Positions 16,841-25,134 of a stretch of DNA of 40,854 nucleotides are shown piece by piece. The notes under the pieces are model-generated. The model made no database searches. It saw only the letters and a program-made list of their open reading frames with translations, and had not been told where the DNA came from. The translations under genes were made by a program, and so were the position numbers. This stretch comes from a virus, in the IMG/VR virus record IMGVR_UViG_3300045988_109268. One strand, 5' to 3'. The first letter of the stretch is position 1. Each line of letters opens with the position of its first letter.

Positions 16841-17805
16841 ACTCCGGTGGCCACCGACGTTCCGGTGGCCGGCGCGATGACGTACGCGGGGAAGCGCTTG
16901 CTCTTGTCCGACTGCACGTCGTTGATGGGGTTGGCGATCTGGAAGCCGACGCGGAACACGACGCGCATGGCGACGCAGTCCTGCTGGGCGAGGTTCAGAA
17001 TCACCTTGCCGTTATCGTCCGAGATAACCGACTGGTCAAGCATCTTGTAGGTGATGTCCTGACGGATGCCGACCACGAAGTTCGACCAGTCCGCGCCGAG
17101 CAGCACGGCCTTGGTGGCATCCCACGCGCCGTTGTCTACCTCGTTGAGACCGAAGCCGTACAGGGTGGACGGGGCCCCCGAGGCGAGGGACGGCACGTAG
17201 ATCGGGCTGCCGTTGGCGTTGCGCAGGCCGATAAGCTCCCAGTTCAGGCCCGGCTTGCTGGCGAAGCCGTTCATGGCGAAGCCCTGTTCGGCGAGCTTCT
17301 GACCCATGCTGGCAACGTCCTTGGCGAGATCCTTGCCCTGGGTGAGCGTGTTGTGCGCCGCGATGGCCTGCGGGATGATGCCATCAGGGAAGCTGGAAGG
17401 CTTGTCCACGCCGAACAGTGTCGCCTGGTCCAGCTTGTAGCCGAGCGCGGAAGCCAGACGCGGCATGACCTCCGACCAGATGGGGATGCCGGAATCCGCG
17501 ATAACGGCTTCGGGGATGGGCACGATGGCCGCAAGCTCCTCGGCCGTGATGCTCAGGCCCGACCACTTCATCTTCGTGGTCTGCTTCAGGCCGGTATCAC
17601 CGCCCACCCAGTAGGCGATCGGCTTGGAGTCAAGCACCGGCTGCGTGCGCGTGCGGGTGCTCATGCGAATCTGACGCATACGGGTCAGGGACACACTCGA
17701 CTTGGGAGCGTCCTGGATAATCTGGGTGGCGTATTCGGTGGGGATGAGTCCGCCGCCGAGGTCGCCGCTGGTGATGATGGAGTTCACGTTGGAAGTCATC
17801 GTCAT
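16837..17805 (-). CDS. Major capsid protein (HK97 fold)
   Basis: 322 aa with typical HK97-family sequence character. It follows the scaffold gene. The start is 17805 or 17799. Confidence 0.85.
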   Translation of the reverse strand: MTMTSNVNSIITSGDLGGGLIPTEYATQIIQDAPKSSVSLTRMRQIRMSTRTRTQPVLDSKPIAYWVGGDTGLKQTTKMKWSGLSITAEELAAIVPIPEAVIADSGIPIWSEVMPRLASALGYKLDQATLFGVDKPSSFPDGIIPQAIAAHNTLTQGKDLAKDVASMGQKLAEQGFAMNGFASKPGLNWELIGLRNANGSPIYVPSLASGAPSTLYGFGLNEVDNGAWDATKAVLLGADWSNFVVGIRQDITYKMLDQSVISDDNGKVILNLAQQDCVAMRVVFRVGFQIANPINDVQSDKSKRFPAYVIAPATGTSVATGV

Positions 17806-17826
17806 ACCTTCTTTCTATGAGGTGGA

Positions 17827-18315
17827 TTATTTGCGTTTCTGCTTGAGGAACTGATCGCGAAGCCAATCGCCGGATGTGTCGGATGGCGCGGGAGGCTGGT
17901 TGGATTCGGAGGAGGCGTGCACCTTCGGCTTGGTCTTCTCGGCGATGTAGTCGGCGAGCGCCTTGCCGTTGGCTTGCATTTCTTCGAGGGTGGAGCCGTG
18001 GAGCAGTGCGATGGGCACGCCGGTTTCCTTGGAGACCTGCGTCTTCCATTCGTTCTGCTGTTTTTCCGCCTCGTAGGCAGCGTTCTTGGCTTCAAGCTCT
18101 TTGATGTGCTTGGCTGTCTTTTCGGCTTCGGACAGTTGGGCCTCCTTGAGCTGTTGCAGTTCGTCGGCGGCTGTCTTGTTGTCCTTGGCGCGTTTCTCCC
18201 ATTCGCGGGAATGGGCGACGGCCTCCTTGTATTTGGCCTCGTAGTCGATTTCGGGCGGCTTCGCTCCGTTCTCGGTCGATGCCGCCTGCTGGTTACCGTT
18301 GGCCTCTTCGGTCAT
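17827..18315 (-). CDS. Scaffolding protein
   Basis: ATG 18315 is preceded by AGGAGG. 162 aa, a highly charged Glu/Lys/Ala coiled coil immediately upstream of the capsid gene. Confidence 0.75.
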   Translation of the reverse strand: MTEEANGNQQAASTENGAKPPEIDYEAKYKEAVAHSREWEKRAKDNKTAADELQQLKEAQLSEAEKTAKHIKELEAKNAAYEAEKQQNEWKTQVSKETGVPIALLHGSTLEEMQANGKALADYIAEKTKPKVHASSESNQPPAPSDTSGDWLRDQFLKQKRK

Positions 18316-18348
18316 GGTTCCTCCTGTGGTTCGGGCCCGTTTCGGGCA

Positions 18349-18373
18349 TAAAAAACCACCCGTGCGGGTGGTT
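18349..18373 (-). terminator. Intrinsic terminator between the MuF-like and scaffold genes
   Basis: The minus strand has AACCACCCG-CAC-GGGTGGTT followed by TTTTAT. Confidence 0.7.
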
Positions 18374-18382
18374 GGGGAAAAT

Positions 18383-19210
18383 TCAGTGCGAACGGGACGG
18401 TCTGGGTACTCCATACCCGTCCTTGTATCGGTCTGGGTAAAGCCGGCGCATCAGGTAGACAAGCGTGTTCGGGTCGTTGGGATTGTCGGGATTGCCTTTT
18501 GTGGTGGCCTTTATCATCCGATAGGTGTCGTCGTCCAGGCCGCCGTTCTCGATGAGGCTGCGGGCGTGCATGTATTCCGAGTACATGCGGTCAGGGTCAT
18601 AACCCTCGATGTGAGCTTGGTCCCTGTCCCATTCGGGCACGATCTGGCAGTCGCAGTCGTCGTGGAACAGTCTGAACGAGCCTTTGACGTATTTCGCGGT
18701 CTTCTCGCTGCGGTACACCCAGCCGCGCGAGCAGAGCATCGTGCAGAACGCGCACGTCTTCGCGCCTCTCGGCACACGCGCGTACCGGGGTTCGGACGGG
18801 TCGTGCTCGCACAGGCGTGCAACGGTTTCACGCCCCGAATACATGACCCAGCGTTGCATCGCGCCGACCAGAAACGCCTGCATGGTCTGCGGGTCCGTCC
18901 ACAGGCGGCCGGCCTGCCAGCGTATCGTCTTGTCGATGCCATCACCGGGAAACGAGTCGGACAGGTCGTACTCCCACGGGTCGGGCACCGATTCGCCACG
19001 GACGCGCATATACCATTCATAGGCGGCCTGCGCCGCGAGGTCGCCGTATTTGACGACCAGTTGCGGCACGTAGTCGAGCAGCATGTCACGCTGCCATTCA
19101 GGGCTGAGCTGTTGCAGCGTCTCCCACAGTTTCGCCAGATCGCGGCGTGCCAGTTCCACCGCCCGAGCTTGGCTGGCTTGCAGCTGTTCCAGTTGCCGGT
19201 TGTCCGTCAT
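18383..19210 (-). CDS. Minor head protein (MuF / SPP1 gp7-like)
   Basis: ATG 19210 is preceded by GGAGG. 275 aa. It contains a Cys cluster (CAFCTMLC...HDDCDCQ) typical of actinophage MuF-like proteins and lies after the portal gene. Confidence 0.7.
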   Translation of the reverse strand: MTDNRQLEQLQASQARAVELARRDLAKLWETLQQLSPEWQRDMLLDYVPQLVVKYGDLAAQAAYEWYMRVRGESVPDPWEYDLSDSFPGDGIDKTIRWQAGRLWTDPQTMQAFLVGAMQRWVMYSGRETVARLCEHDPSEPRYARVPRGAKTCAFCTMLCSRGWVYRSEKTAKYVKGSFRLFHDDCDCQIVPEWDRDQAHIEGYDPDRMYSEYMHARSLIENGGLDDDTYRMIKATTKGNPDNPNDPNTLVYLMRRLYPDRYKDGYGVPRPSRSH

Positions 19211-20633
19211 CCTTATTGCCTCCGTTCACGAGGGAGTCAAGCACGCTGCGGGTCTCGGCCTTGCGCTTGTCGACCAACAGGCGTGTGATGTCGGAATCCG
19301 TGTAGCCGAGCTTCTCCAACACCACGTCGGAGTTGGCGAGCCATGGAATGGCCGTCACCTGCTTCACGATGGCATCGGAGAGCGCGGCCTGCGATGGGCG
19401 TTCGGGGTCACGCCAGTTGACCTGCAACCGATTGAGCTCGTCGCTGTCCTCGCTGGTGCCGTTGAGGATGGCGATGTCCCTCGCGGCCTTGCGTAGCTGC
19501 ACGCCGATGGCGCGGCAGGCGTTCTTCGCCTCGATGACAAGTTCGCTTTCCGCCGCCATGATCGCTTCCGAAGAAGAAGGGCCGGAATCCGTCATCACGC
19601 CGAACTGGCTGAGCGGCACGCCGGTCGCGCCGCTCATGCGTGCCGCGAGGGCGCGAAGCATGTCGGTGTGCGGCTGCATGGTCATCTGCGTGAACTGGCC
19701 GATGACGGGCGCTTGGCCGTCCTCGTTGAGGCTGATGTTGAGCATCTTCGAGATGGTGGCTTCCCAGCCGGTCAGCTTCCTGCCGTTCTTGTCCTCGGGC
19801 GGCTCGTCCGCGCCGATGAGGTAACGTTGCGGGCTCGAATAGAATTCGGCGCTTACCTCCATGCGCAGCATGGTGCGCACCGCCGTGTCGGTGATGCTCA
19901 TGACCTCACGGCTGATGCGCGAGCGGCCAAAGGGGCGGTTCAGGTCCTGATGGTAGGGGATCAGGTACACAGGCACATGATCCATGTACGTGTTACATGG
20001 AGCGTCCGCATGATAGCGGCCTGATTGCGTGCGGCGGATGCGAATCGTGTAGCCGGGCATGTAGAGCATGAGCTCGGAAGGCACGATGGTGTTCGCCTGC
20101 GCGTACTGTGAGCGGTCGATATCGGTTATCGACAACGCCGCCGACAGGCCGCGACGGGCGTAATCCCACAGGCCGGTCTCATAGAGCGCGCTACGGAACG
20201 ACACGGACACCTTCGAGCGCAGACCATCCTCGGGTTCCGCGCTGCGCACGTTCAGGAACGAGCATGAGTGAGTGAGCGCGCTGCGGATGGCCTGCGGCAA
20301 TTCCACGTCGAAGTCGTTGTCTGAAAGAATCGAATCCAAACCCAACGGATCGCGGCTGTCGTCGCCGACTCCGACGAAACCATCGAACACGATGCGGTCG
20401 GCCAAAGCGTCCACCGATTTCTGCGGCCAGCCCACGACCTCGCTTATCCCCGCCATGCTGTCCGGCACGGCGATGGACAGATTCTTAAGCTCGTTGCGCC
20501 CGTCGTAGTATTTGGTGCGCAAAAGGTTACGTTCGAGCTTCTGGGACCATTGACGTATCATCAAATCCCACGGTTCTCGGCACTCGTCGGGCAGATTATC
20601 GACCTGCACGTTTTCAAGACTGGGAATCTGCAT
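19098..20633 (-). CDS. Portal protein
   Basis: ATG 20633 overlaps the terminase stop. About 511 aa, positioned after TerL. The low-complexity C-terminus overlaps the next gene by 113 nt. Confidence 0.85.
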   Translation of the reverse strand: MQIPSLENVQVDNLPDECREPWDLMIRQWSQKLERNLLRTKYYDGRNELKNLSIAVPDSMAGISEVVGWPQKSVDALADRIVFDGFVGVGDDSRDPLGLDSILSDNDFDVELPQAIRSALTHSCSFLNVRSAEPEDGLRSKVSVSFRSALYETGLWDYARRGLSAALSITDIDRSQYAQANTIVPSELMLYMPGYTIRIRRTQSGRYHADAPCNTYMDHVPVYLIPYHQDLNRPFGRSRISREVMSITDTAVRTMLRMEVSAEFYSSPQRYLIGADEPPEDKNGRKLTGWEATISKMLNISLNEDGQAPVIGQFTQMTMQPHTDMLRALAARMSGATGVPLSQFGVMTDSGPSSSEAIMAAESELVIEAKNACRAIGVQLRKAARDIAILNGTSEDSDELNRLQVNWRDPERPSQAALSDAIVKQVTAIPWLANSDVVLEKLGYTDSDITRLLVDKRKAETRSVLDSLVNGGNKDDGQPATGTAASQPSSGGGTGTPRSGETVGDAATAQP

Positions 20634-22099
20634 CAGAATGCCACCGCCTTCGCTCTTCTTCCCGGATGACGTTTGGAAGTCTTGACGTTCCAATACGCGA
20701 GAGCCACCGCTTCCACGGGACTCACGTCGATGTTCTCCATGGACGGCTCGTAGCCGAACCCGTCGCCGATTTTCCTGTGCTTCGCATGACCCACCGCCTC
20801 GTCAAGCAGAGGCTGGCCGAAATGGGTAAGCCCATGGTCGTTCACGGCCTGTTCGAGCATCGAACAAGCGTCCGCCACGTCGGAAGGGCGCGGAACCACG
20901 ATCACTCTTTTCGACACGCCCTTGTCGATGAGGCTGTTGACCAGGGTGGGGGCTCCCACGCGCCCGTCGATGATGATGCCGATGGCGTTGCGCCATCGTT
21001 CCGCACCGTTCTTCTCGGCGGTCAGCCAGTCGGCCAGCCAGCCGGTGCCGCCGCGCATGCTGCGCGAGGCGATGACCTCCACGTGCGGCAATTCACTCGA
21101 CTTGCGGGGCGGGCGCACGCACGCCACGAGGGTGACGTTCGCGCCGTCCGCGCTGAACTTGACCGCATACGAGTTGTAGCCATCCATGCAGGGCTTGTCG
21201 GTCTTGCACTTGGCCCACTCGTCAACATCGATATCGGACAGCGCGCCGGCCTGATCGTTCCACCAGCCGAGACGTTCGCGGGCGAAACCGTCCGGCGTCA
21301 TCTTCTCCGACTCGGAAACGACCACGCTTTTCAACAGGCGGGTGCCGAGCGATGGATTGTACCGGTACCAGCGTTGCTGGTCGTGCACGTCGCCGATCTC
21401 GGTCGCCGCCCATTCGAACCAGCACAGGTTCTTCGGCGGCTTGTCGCGATGCGCGTTGCGGCGCATGCGCGCGAACACCGTGCCCGGCGAAGTCGGCGGG
21501 GTCGGCGTGCCCGTGTAGATGGTCAACGGATTGCCCGAGGGTGCCGACGAGATGGCGGGCTGTATGGCCTCCATCTGCTCGTCGGTCAGCTCCTGCGCCT
21601 CGTCGCACACCAGCACGTCCACCGTGAAGCCACGGCCCGAACTCTTCGAACGGGCGATGAACTCAATGCTGCCACCGTTCTTCAACACGATGGCCTCCTG
21701 ACCGTTCGTGGCCCGGATATAGGTGACCAACTCCGCCAGTTCGGGGAACTTGCGCGCGTTCTCGAAGTAGTATTTCATACGCAGGAAATGCTTGCGGCAG
21801 GTCTTCACCTCATGCGCCGTATGCAGAATCTTCATGCCGAGGATCGCGGCAAGGTACAGCTCCGTGAACTCGAGAATCGCGTTCTTGCCGTTCTGACGCG
21901 GCACCGCGCACCCGCAATCCGACGCCGCCCATTGCAGCTTCGAATCCGTGGCGAGCCAACCCTCAAGCACGATGCGCTGCCACTTGTCCGGCTTCATATC
22001 GTAGCCGGCGGCGAGCGCGCACGCCTCTCCTCCCTCGGACTGCACGTGCTTGGGAACCAGAGCGAAGCTAGGTTCCTGTACGCCTCTTCGTCTTGCCAC
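20633..22099 (-). CDS. terL: Terminase large subunit
   Basis: 488 aa with a GTG start. It has a Walker-A-like region (VPRQNGKN) and a Walker B/coupling motif VLVCDEAQ, followed by a nuclease-domain-sized C-terminal half. Confidence 0.9.
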   Translation of the reverse strand: MARRRGVQEPSFALVPKHVQSEGGEACALAAGYDMKPDKWQRIVLEGWLATDSKLQWAASDCGCAVPRQNGKNAILEFTELYLAAILGMKILHTAHEVKTCRKHFLRMKYYFENARKFPELAELVTYIRATNGQEAIVLKNGGSIEFIARSKSSGRGFTVDVLVCDEAQELTDEQMEAIQPAISSAPSGNPLTIYTGTPTPPTSPGTVFARMRRNAHRDKPPKNLCWFEWAATEIGDVHDQQRWYRYNPSLGTRLLKSVVVSESEKMTPDGFARERLGWWNDQAGALSDIDVDEWAKCKTDKPCMDGYNSYAVKFSADGANVTLVACVRPPRKSSELPHVEVIASRSMRGGTGWLADWLTAEKNGAERWRNAIGIIIDGRVGAPTLVNSLIDKGVSKRVIVVPRPSDVADACSMLEQAVNDHGLTHFGQPLLDEAVGHAKHRKIGDGFGYEPSMENIDVSPVEAVALAYWNVKTSKRHPGRRAKAVAF

Positions 22100-22442
22100 C
22101 CTCGATCACCCTCAGCTTCCGTCGTTCGGCTATCTCATCGAGCGGCGTATGCCGCTCCTGCTTCTGGACTTCCGCCGGCATGATCTGGCTGCGTGCGGCT
22201 GGTGTGATGCCGTAATCCTGCAGTAGCTTGTTCAGTATGGGCACGCTGGCGAAATTGCCGGAACCCCAGATGTCCGCGTGGATCAGGGCGGCGTTCATGA
22301 GGTTGTCCCAGTCGGCCTCGGTCCACGAGTCCGCGCCGGGGGTGGAAGCCAAATGCTCCCACCATCGCACGGTAGCCTCCGGCCATTCGATGCCGTCAGG
22401 CAACTGTGGCTGCGTTATCGTGGTCTTGGCCAACTGGATCAC
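22068..22442 (-). CDS. terS: Terminase small subunit
   Basis: 124 aa immediately upstream of TerL, overlapping it. The start is uncertain: GTG 22442, or TTG 9 nt downstream, which has a better-spaced GAGGTG. Confidence 0.65.
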   Translation of the reverse strand: MIQLAKTTITQPQLPDGIEWPEATVRWWEHLASTPGADSWTEADWDNLMNAALIHADIWGSGNFASVPILNKLLQDYGITPAARSQIMPAEVQKQERHTPLDEIAERRKLRVIEGGKTKRRTGT

Positions 22443-22455
22443 CTCGAATCAATGT

Positions 22456-22539
22456 CTAGGAGCCGCTGGAGCGACTCGCGCGAGCGGAACCGGCGGCACG
22501 AGAGAAATCAAACTCGCCCTGCACGTATCTCGGACGCAT
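22456..22539 (-). CDS. 27-aa ORF MRPRYVQGEFDFSRAAGSARASRSSGS
   Basis: The ATG is preceded by GGGAGGTGATTGTC. It is too short for the ORF track. Coordinates are +/-1 (see the offset note in the rejected list). Confidence 0.35.
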   Translation of the reverse strand: MRPRYVQGEFDFSRAAGSARASRSSGS

Positions 22540-22562
22540 GACAATCACCTCCCTCGGGAAAA

Positions 22563-22664
22563 TCAGGAGCCTGAGGAACGCGAGCCTCCGCGAGAAAAAG
22601 CGCTGCGGATACGACCGGCAACGTTACGCACCGCATTGCCGGCGCGCTGGAACAGGTTACGCAT
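22563..22664 (-). CDS. 33-aa basic ORF MRNLFQRAGNAVRNVAGRIRSAFSRGGSRSSGS
   Basis: The ATG is preceded by AAAGGAGGTGGATT. It is the C-terminal part of track ORF 22563..22946. It is the first ORF after the terminator that precedes the late genes. Confidence 0.4.
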   Translation of the reverse strand: MRNLFQRAGNAVRNVAGRIRSAFSRGGSRSSGS

Positions 22665-22689
22665 AATCCACCTCCTTTCGTGGCATAAG

Positions 22690-22716
22690 AAAAGCCGCTG
22701 CGGATCACAGCGGCCA
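22690..22716 (-). terminator. Intrinsic terminator separating the early/middle genes from the packaging genes
   Basis: The minus strand has GCCGCTG-TGATCCG-CAGCGGC followed by TTTTCTTAT. Coordinates are +/-1. Confidence 0.65.
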
Positions 22717-22735
22717 AACTCTAGGAGGCGGAACA

Positions 22736-23347
22736 TCACCCGCCAAGTTTCTTCATGACGGCCATGCCGTCCATGTACTTGTCGCCGAGCTTGCGAAGAC
22801 CATACTCGGCAAGGAAAGAGTCCTTGTCGTCTCGCAACGGGAACGCGATGGCGAACCAGTGTTCGGAATCGGTCGGCTCCACGAGCTTCCTGGGACTGCG
22901 AGCCTCGACCAGCGCCCTGTGCAGGGCGGCGAACTCGGCGAGACAATCCTTTTCCAGATCATCGGAGTACTTGACATCGGCGAGCGGATCGGGCGTCTTC
23001 TCCGCGAACCCGAGGCCGCCACCGAACCCAACTCCGGCACCGAACGCCACGGCGGACGACTTGGCCGGCTTGTACGGGGCGAGTAGCTTCTCGACATCAC
23101 GGTACGCATAGATTCGGTGTTCCTCGCCGAAACCATACCGTTCACACCACCGCGCCATCTCAACGGGGGAGGGGAAACACAGGCACAGCCAGAACTCGGT
23201 GTCGGTCGCATCCACGAAACGCTTGCGCTCCGCACGGGCGCGCTCCCGGTACTCCTTCGCGTTCTCGTCCAGATTCTCCGGCACCGGCTTCACAGCCTTC
23301 TTGCCCTTGGACTTCTTGGAAAAGTCGAATCGGAAATCACCTGACAT
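22736..23347 (-). CDS. Hypothetical protein with an internally duplicated domain (203 aa)
   Basis: ATG 23347 is preceded by GGAGGTGG. Two related halves are visible: DATDTEFWLCLCFPSPVEMARWCERYGF... and EPTDSEHWFAIAFPLRDDKDSFLAEYGL... Confidence 0.6.
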   Translation of the reverse strand: MSGDFRFDFSKKSKGKKAVKPVPENLDENAKEYRERARAERKRFVDATDTEFWLCLCFPSPVEMARWCERYGFGEEHRIYAYRDVEKLLAPYKPAKSSAVAFGAGVGFGGGLGFAEKTPDPLADVKYSDDLEKDCLAEFAALHRALVEARSPRKLVEPTDSEHWFAIAFPLRDDKDSFLAEYGLRKLGDKYMDGMAVMKKLGG

Positions 23348-24038
23348 GATCCACCTCCAACAAAGGGAACCATTCAAGCAGCGTCGCGTAATCGTCCGGA
23401 GCCTTGTCCTTGAGCACCTTGGTGAACCTCTTATCGATGCCATCGAACGAACGCCCGAACCACGCATAATCACACGGCAGCTCGATATCATGCGATCTGA
23501 TGCAGTCCAGCACCTCGCCCTTGAGCCAATCCCCGATAGGACTGACCTTCTTGAGATTGCGCCGCCAGTACCCGTACTGGACGAACGCGCCACGACGCTG
23601 AATCGAATCGGCGGCGCGCACGCCATCCGCGCACCACGTGCTCTTATCCAAGCCCACGTCGGCGCGGATGAAATCCCACATCTGCTCATACGACGGCTCA
23701 GGCAACCGCGCCGCCTCGATATAGCGCAACCGTTCGGGAGCCTGGAACACCGCATTGTTCAACCACCGGTACAGCGACGGGCGCGGATACCTTTTGATTC
23801 TGGTCTGGAACTTCTGCTCGAAATAATCCAGCTCCTCGTCCACGAACCTCAAACCGGGCACATAGTACAAATACGCGGGAACGACCTCGATGCCCATATC
23901 CCGCATCGCAAGCCACGCGGCGATAGAATCCTTGCCGCACGAAAACGCCAACAACACGGGCCTGCCATCAGCGGCCAGCTTCTCGCGCACCGCCAGACTC
24001 GTACCCTGATTGCGGATAACCGTGGTCACTTCGGCCAC
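23337..24038 (-). CDS. PAPS reductase / PP-loop ATP-pyrophosphatase family protein
   Basis: 233 aa with the PP-loop motif LLAFSCGKDS near the N-terminus. It overlaps both neighbouring genes. Confidence 0.75.
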   Translation of the reverse strand: MAEVTTVIRNQGTSLAVREKLAADGRPVLLAFSCGKDSIAAWLAMRDMGIEVVPAYLYYVPGLRFVDEELDYFEQKFQTRIKRYPRPSLYRWLNNAVFQAPERLRYIEAARLPEPSYEQMWDFIRADVGLDKSTWCADGVRAADSIQRRGAFVQYGYWRRNLKKVSPIGDWLKGEVLDCIRSHDIELPCDYAWFGRSFDGIDKRFTKVLKDKAPDDYATLLEWFPLLEVDHVR

Positions 24039-24526
24039 CTCCTTCCCGTCATGCGAATAAACCGCGAACGCGAATAAAACTCAACACCGGCACGCCGGAA
24101 ACTCGACTCCGACGACTCCACGAACACATGCAACCCATGTCCACTGGACGAAACCTCCGCATAGATCGCATCCGGCAACAGCTCCAACGCCTTCGCGGGC
24201 GGACTGGTCAAATCAACATGGTCGAAATCCCAGCACGCAAGCCCATCGCCGAGCATGATGCCATAGCCGTCGCCGGCCTTCGAGCGCATGACCTCCGGGT
24301 ATGACGCCCAGGTATCGGGATCAGTCGAACTGGCTGGTGACCCATCGCACATAATCGGGCGCTTGCCATCGGCGCGCACCCAACGGAGCAGCGACTTGAG
24401 CTCTTGGGGTATCTGATGTTTGCGGCTCCACGCCTTGCGGCATCTGTCCGAGCAAAACAGTCTCGGACGCCTAGGGTTTGGTGTGGATTGGAAGAAGTGG
24501 CCGCAATTCCTACATTGGTTGACCAT
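24026..24526 (-). CDS. Small primase-polymerase (AEP)-like protein with an N-terminal zinc ribbon
   Basis: Zinc ribbon CRNCG...CSDRCRKAW. Further motifs are RWVRADGKRP...ASSTDPDTWASYPE, DFDH (DxD-like) and SSSGHGLHVF (sGxGxH-like). The start is 24526 or 24532, and no SD is present. Confidence 0.5.
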   Translation of the reverse strand: MVNQCRNCGHFFQSTPNPRRPRLFCSDRCRKAWSRKHQIPQELKSLLRWVRADGKRPIMCDGSPASSTDPDTWASYPEVMRSKAGDGYGIMLGDGLACWDFDHVDLTSPPAKALELLPDAIYAEVSSSGHGLHVFVESSESSFRRAGVEFYSRSRFIRMTGRRWPK

Positions 24527-24533
24527 AGCCATA

Positions 24534-24562
24534 ACTATAGCATATATTCCAATGATTCGCAA
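24534..24562 (-). promoter_or_regulatory. Candidate promoter giving a leaderless mRNA for the PrimPol-like gene
   Basis: The minus strand reads TTGCGA-17 nt-TATAGT-7 nt-ATG. The local region is AT-rich. This is a prediction only. Confidence 0.3.
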
Positions 24563-24780
24563 CCATAATTTCGTGACATATCAAAACTGCGGAGAATCAA
24601 ACGTAACAGCCTCGGAAAACAACGGGGCAAAAACATCAGAACCATGCCGGAACGGCTTCCACGGGCGGTCGCAGACACCCCAGCGGCCAAACGTACGATA
24701 CTCCACACGGGTTGCGGGGGGATGCGGGCGCTATGACCTGTGGGGAGCCTTGCATGGGAGGGGGAGGGTATGGCCCCCGG

Positions 24781-25116
24781 TTACCATTGGCGGCTGATTG
24801 GGATGGTGTTTTGTGGTTGTTTTTTTGTGTTTTGGTGGCCTGTGGTGTTGGCGATTATTTTGTTGCTTTTTCTTTGATTGCAGATTCTGTGTGTGAGTTG
24901 TGTGTTGTCATAGCTGGTTGGTGATCCGCCTCGGCTGTATGGGATGATCTCATCGAGTTCGCAGCTGAGTGGGTGTGGTGTTTTGAGCGTGAGGTCTATG
25001 GGTTTGCCGCACAGCGGGCAGATCGGTATTGGTCCTTCGGCTGCGATGTGTCTGGCCTTGCATTTGCGGCGGGCTGCTCCATTTTGGTATCGGCCTGAGC
25101 CTGCCTTGTTGCTCAT
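24781..25116 (-). CDS. HNH endonuclease
   Basis: ATG 25116. Motifs CPLCGKPI...ELDEIIPYSRGG...NTQLTHRICNQRKSNK. Confidence 0.7.
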   Translation of the reverse strand: MSNKAGSGRYQNGAARRKCKARHIAAEGPIPICPLCGKPIDLTLKTPHPLSCELDEIIPYSRGGSPTSYDNTQLTHRICNQRKSNKIIANTTGHQNTKKQPQNTIPISRQW

Positions 25117-25134
25117 GTTCCCATCCTGTGTGTT

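Noticed and set aside
22441-22800. An apparent 1-nt discrepancy between the printed sequence and the ORF track. My reading of the print gives ggatccacc at 22437-22445 where the track translations need ggatcacc. It gives gaagacatac at 22796-22805 where they need gaagaccatac. I considered real indels or frameshifts in terS and the 203-aa gene.
   Set aside because: The two differences cancel exactly and affect several independent track ORFs consistently. This is most likely an indexing or reading artefact on my side. I used track-consistent coordinates, and my own calls in this interval should be treated as +/-1 nt.
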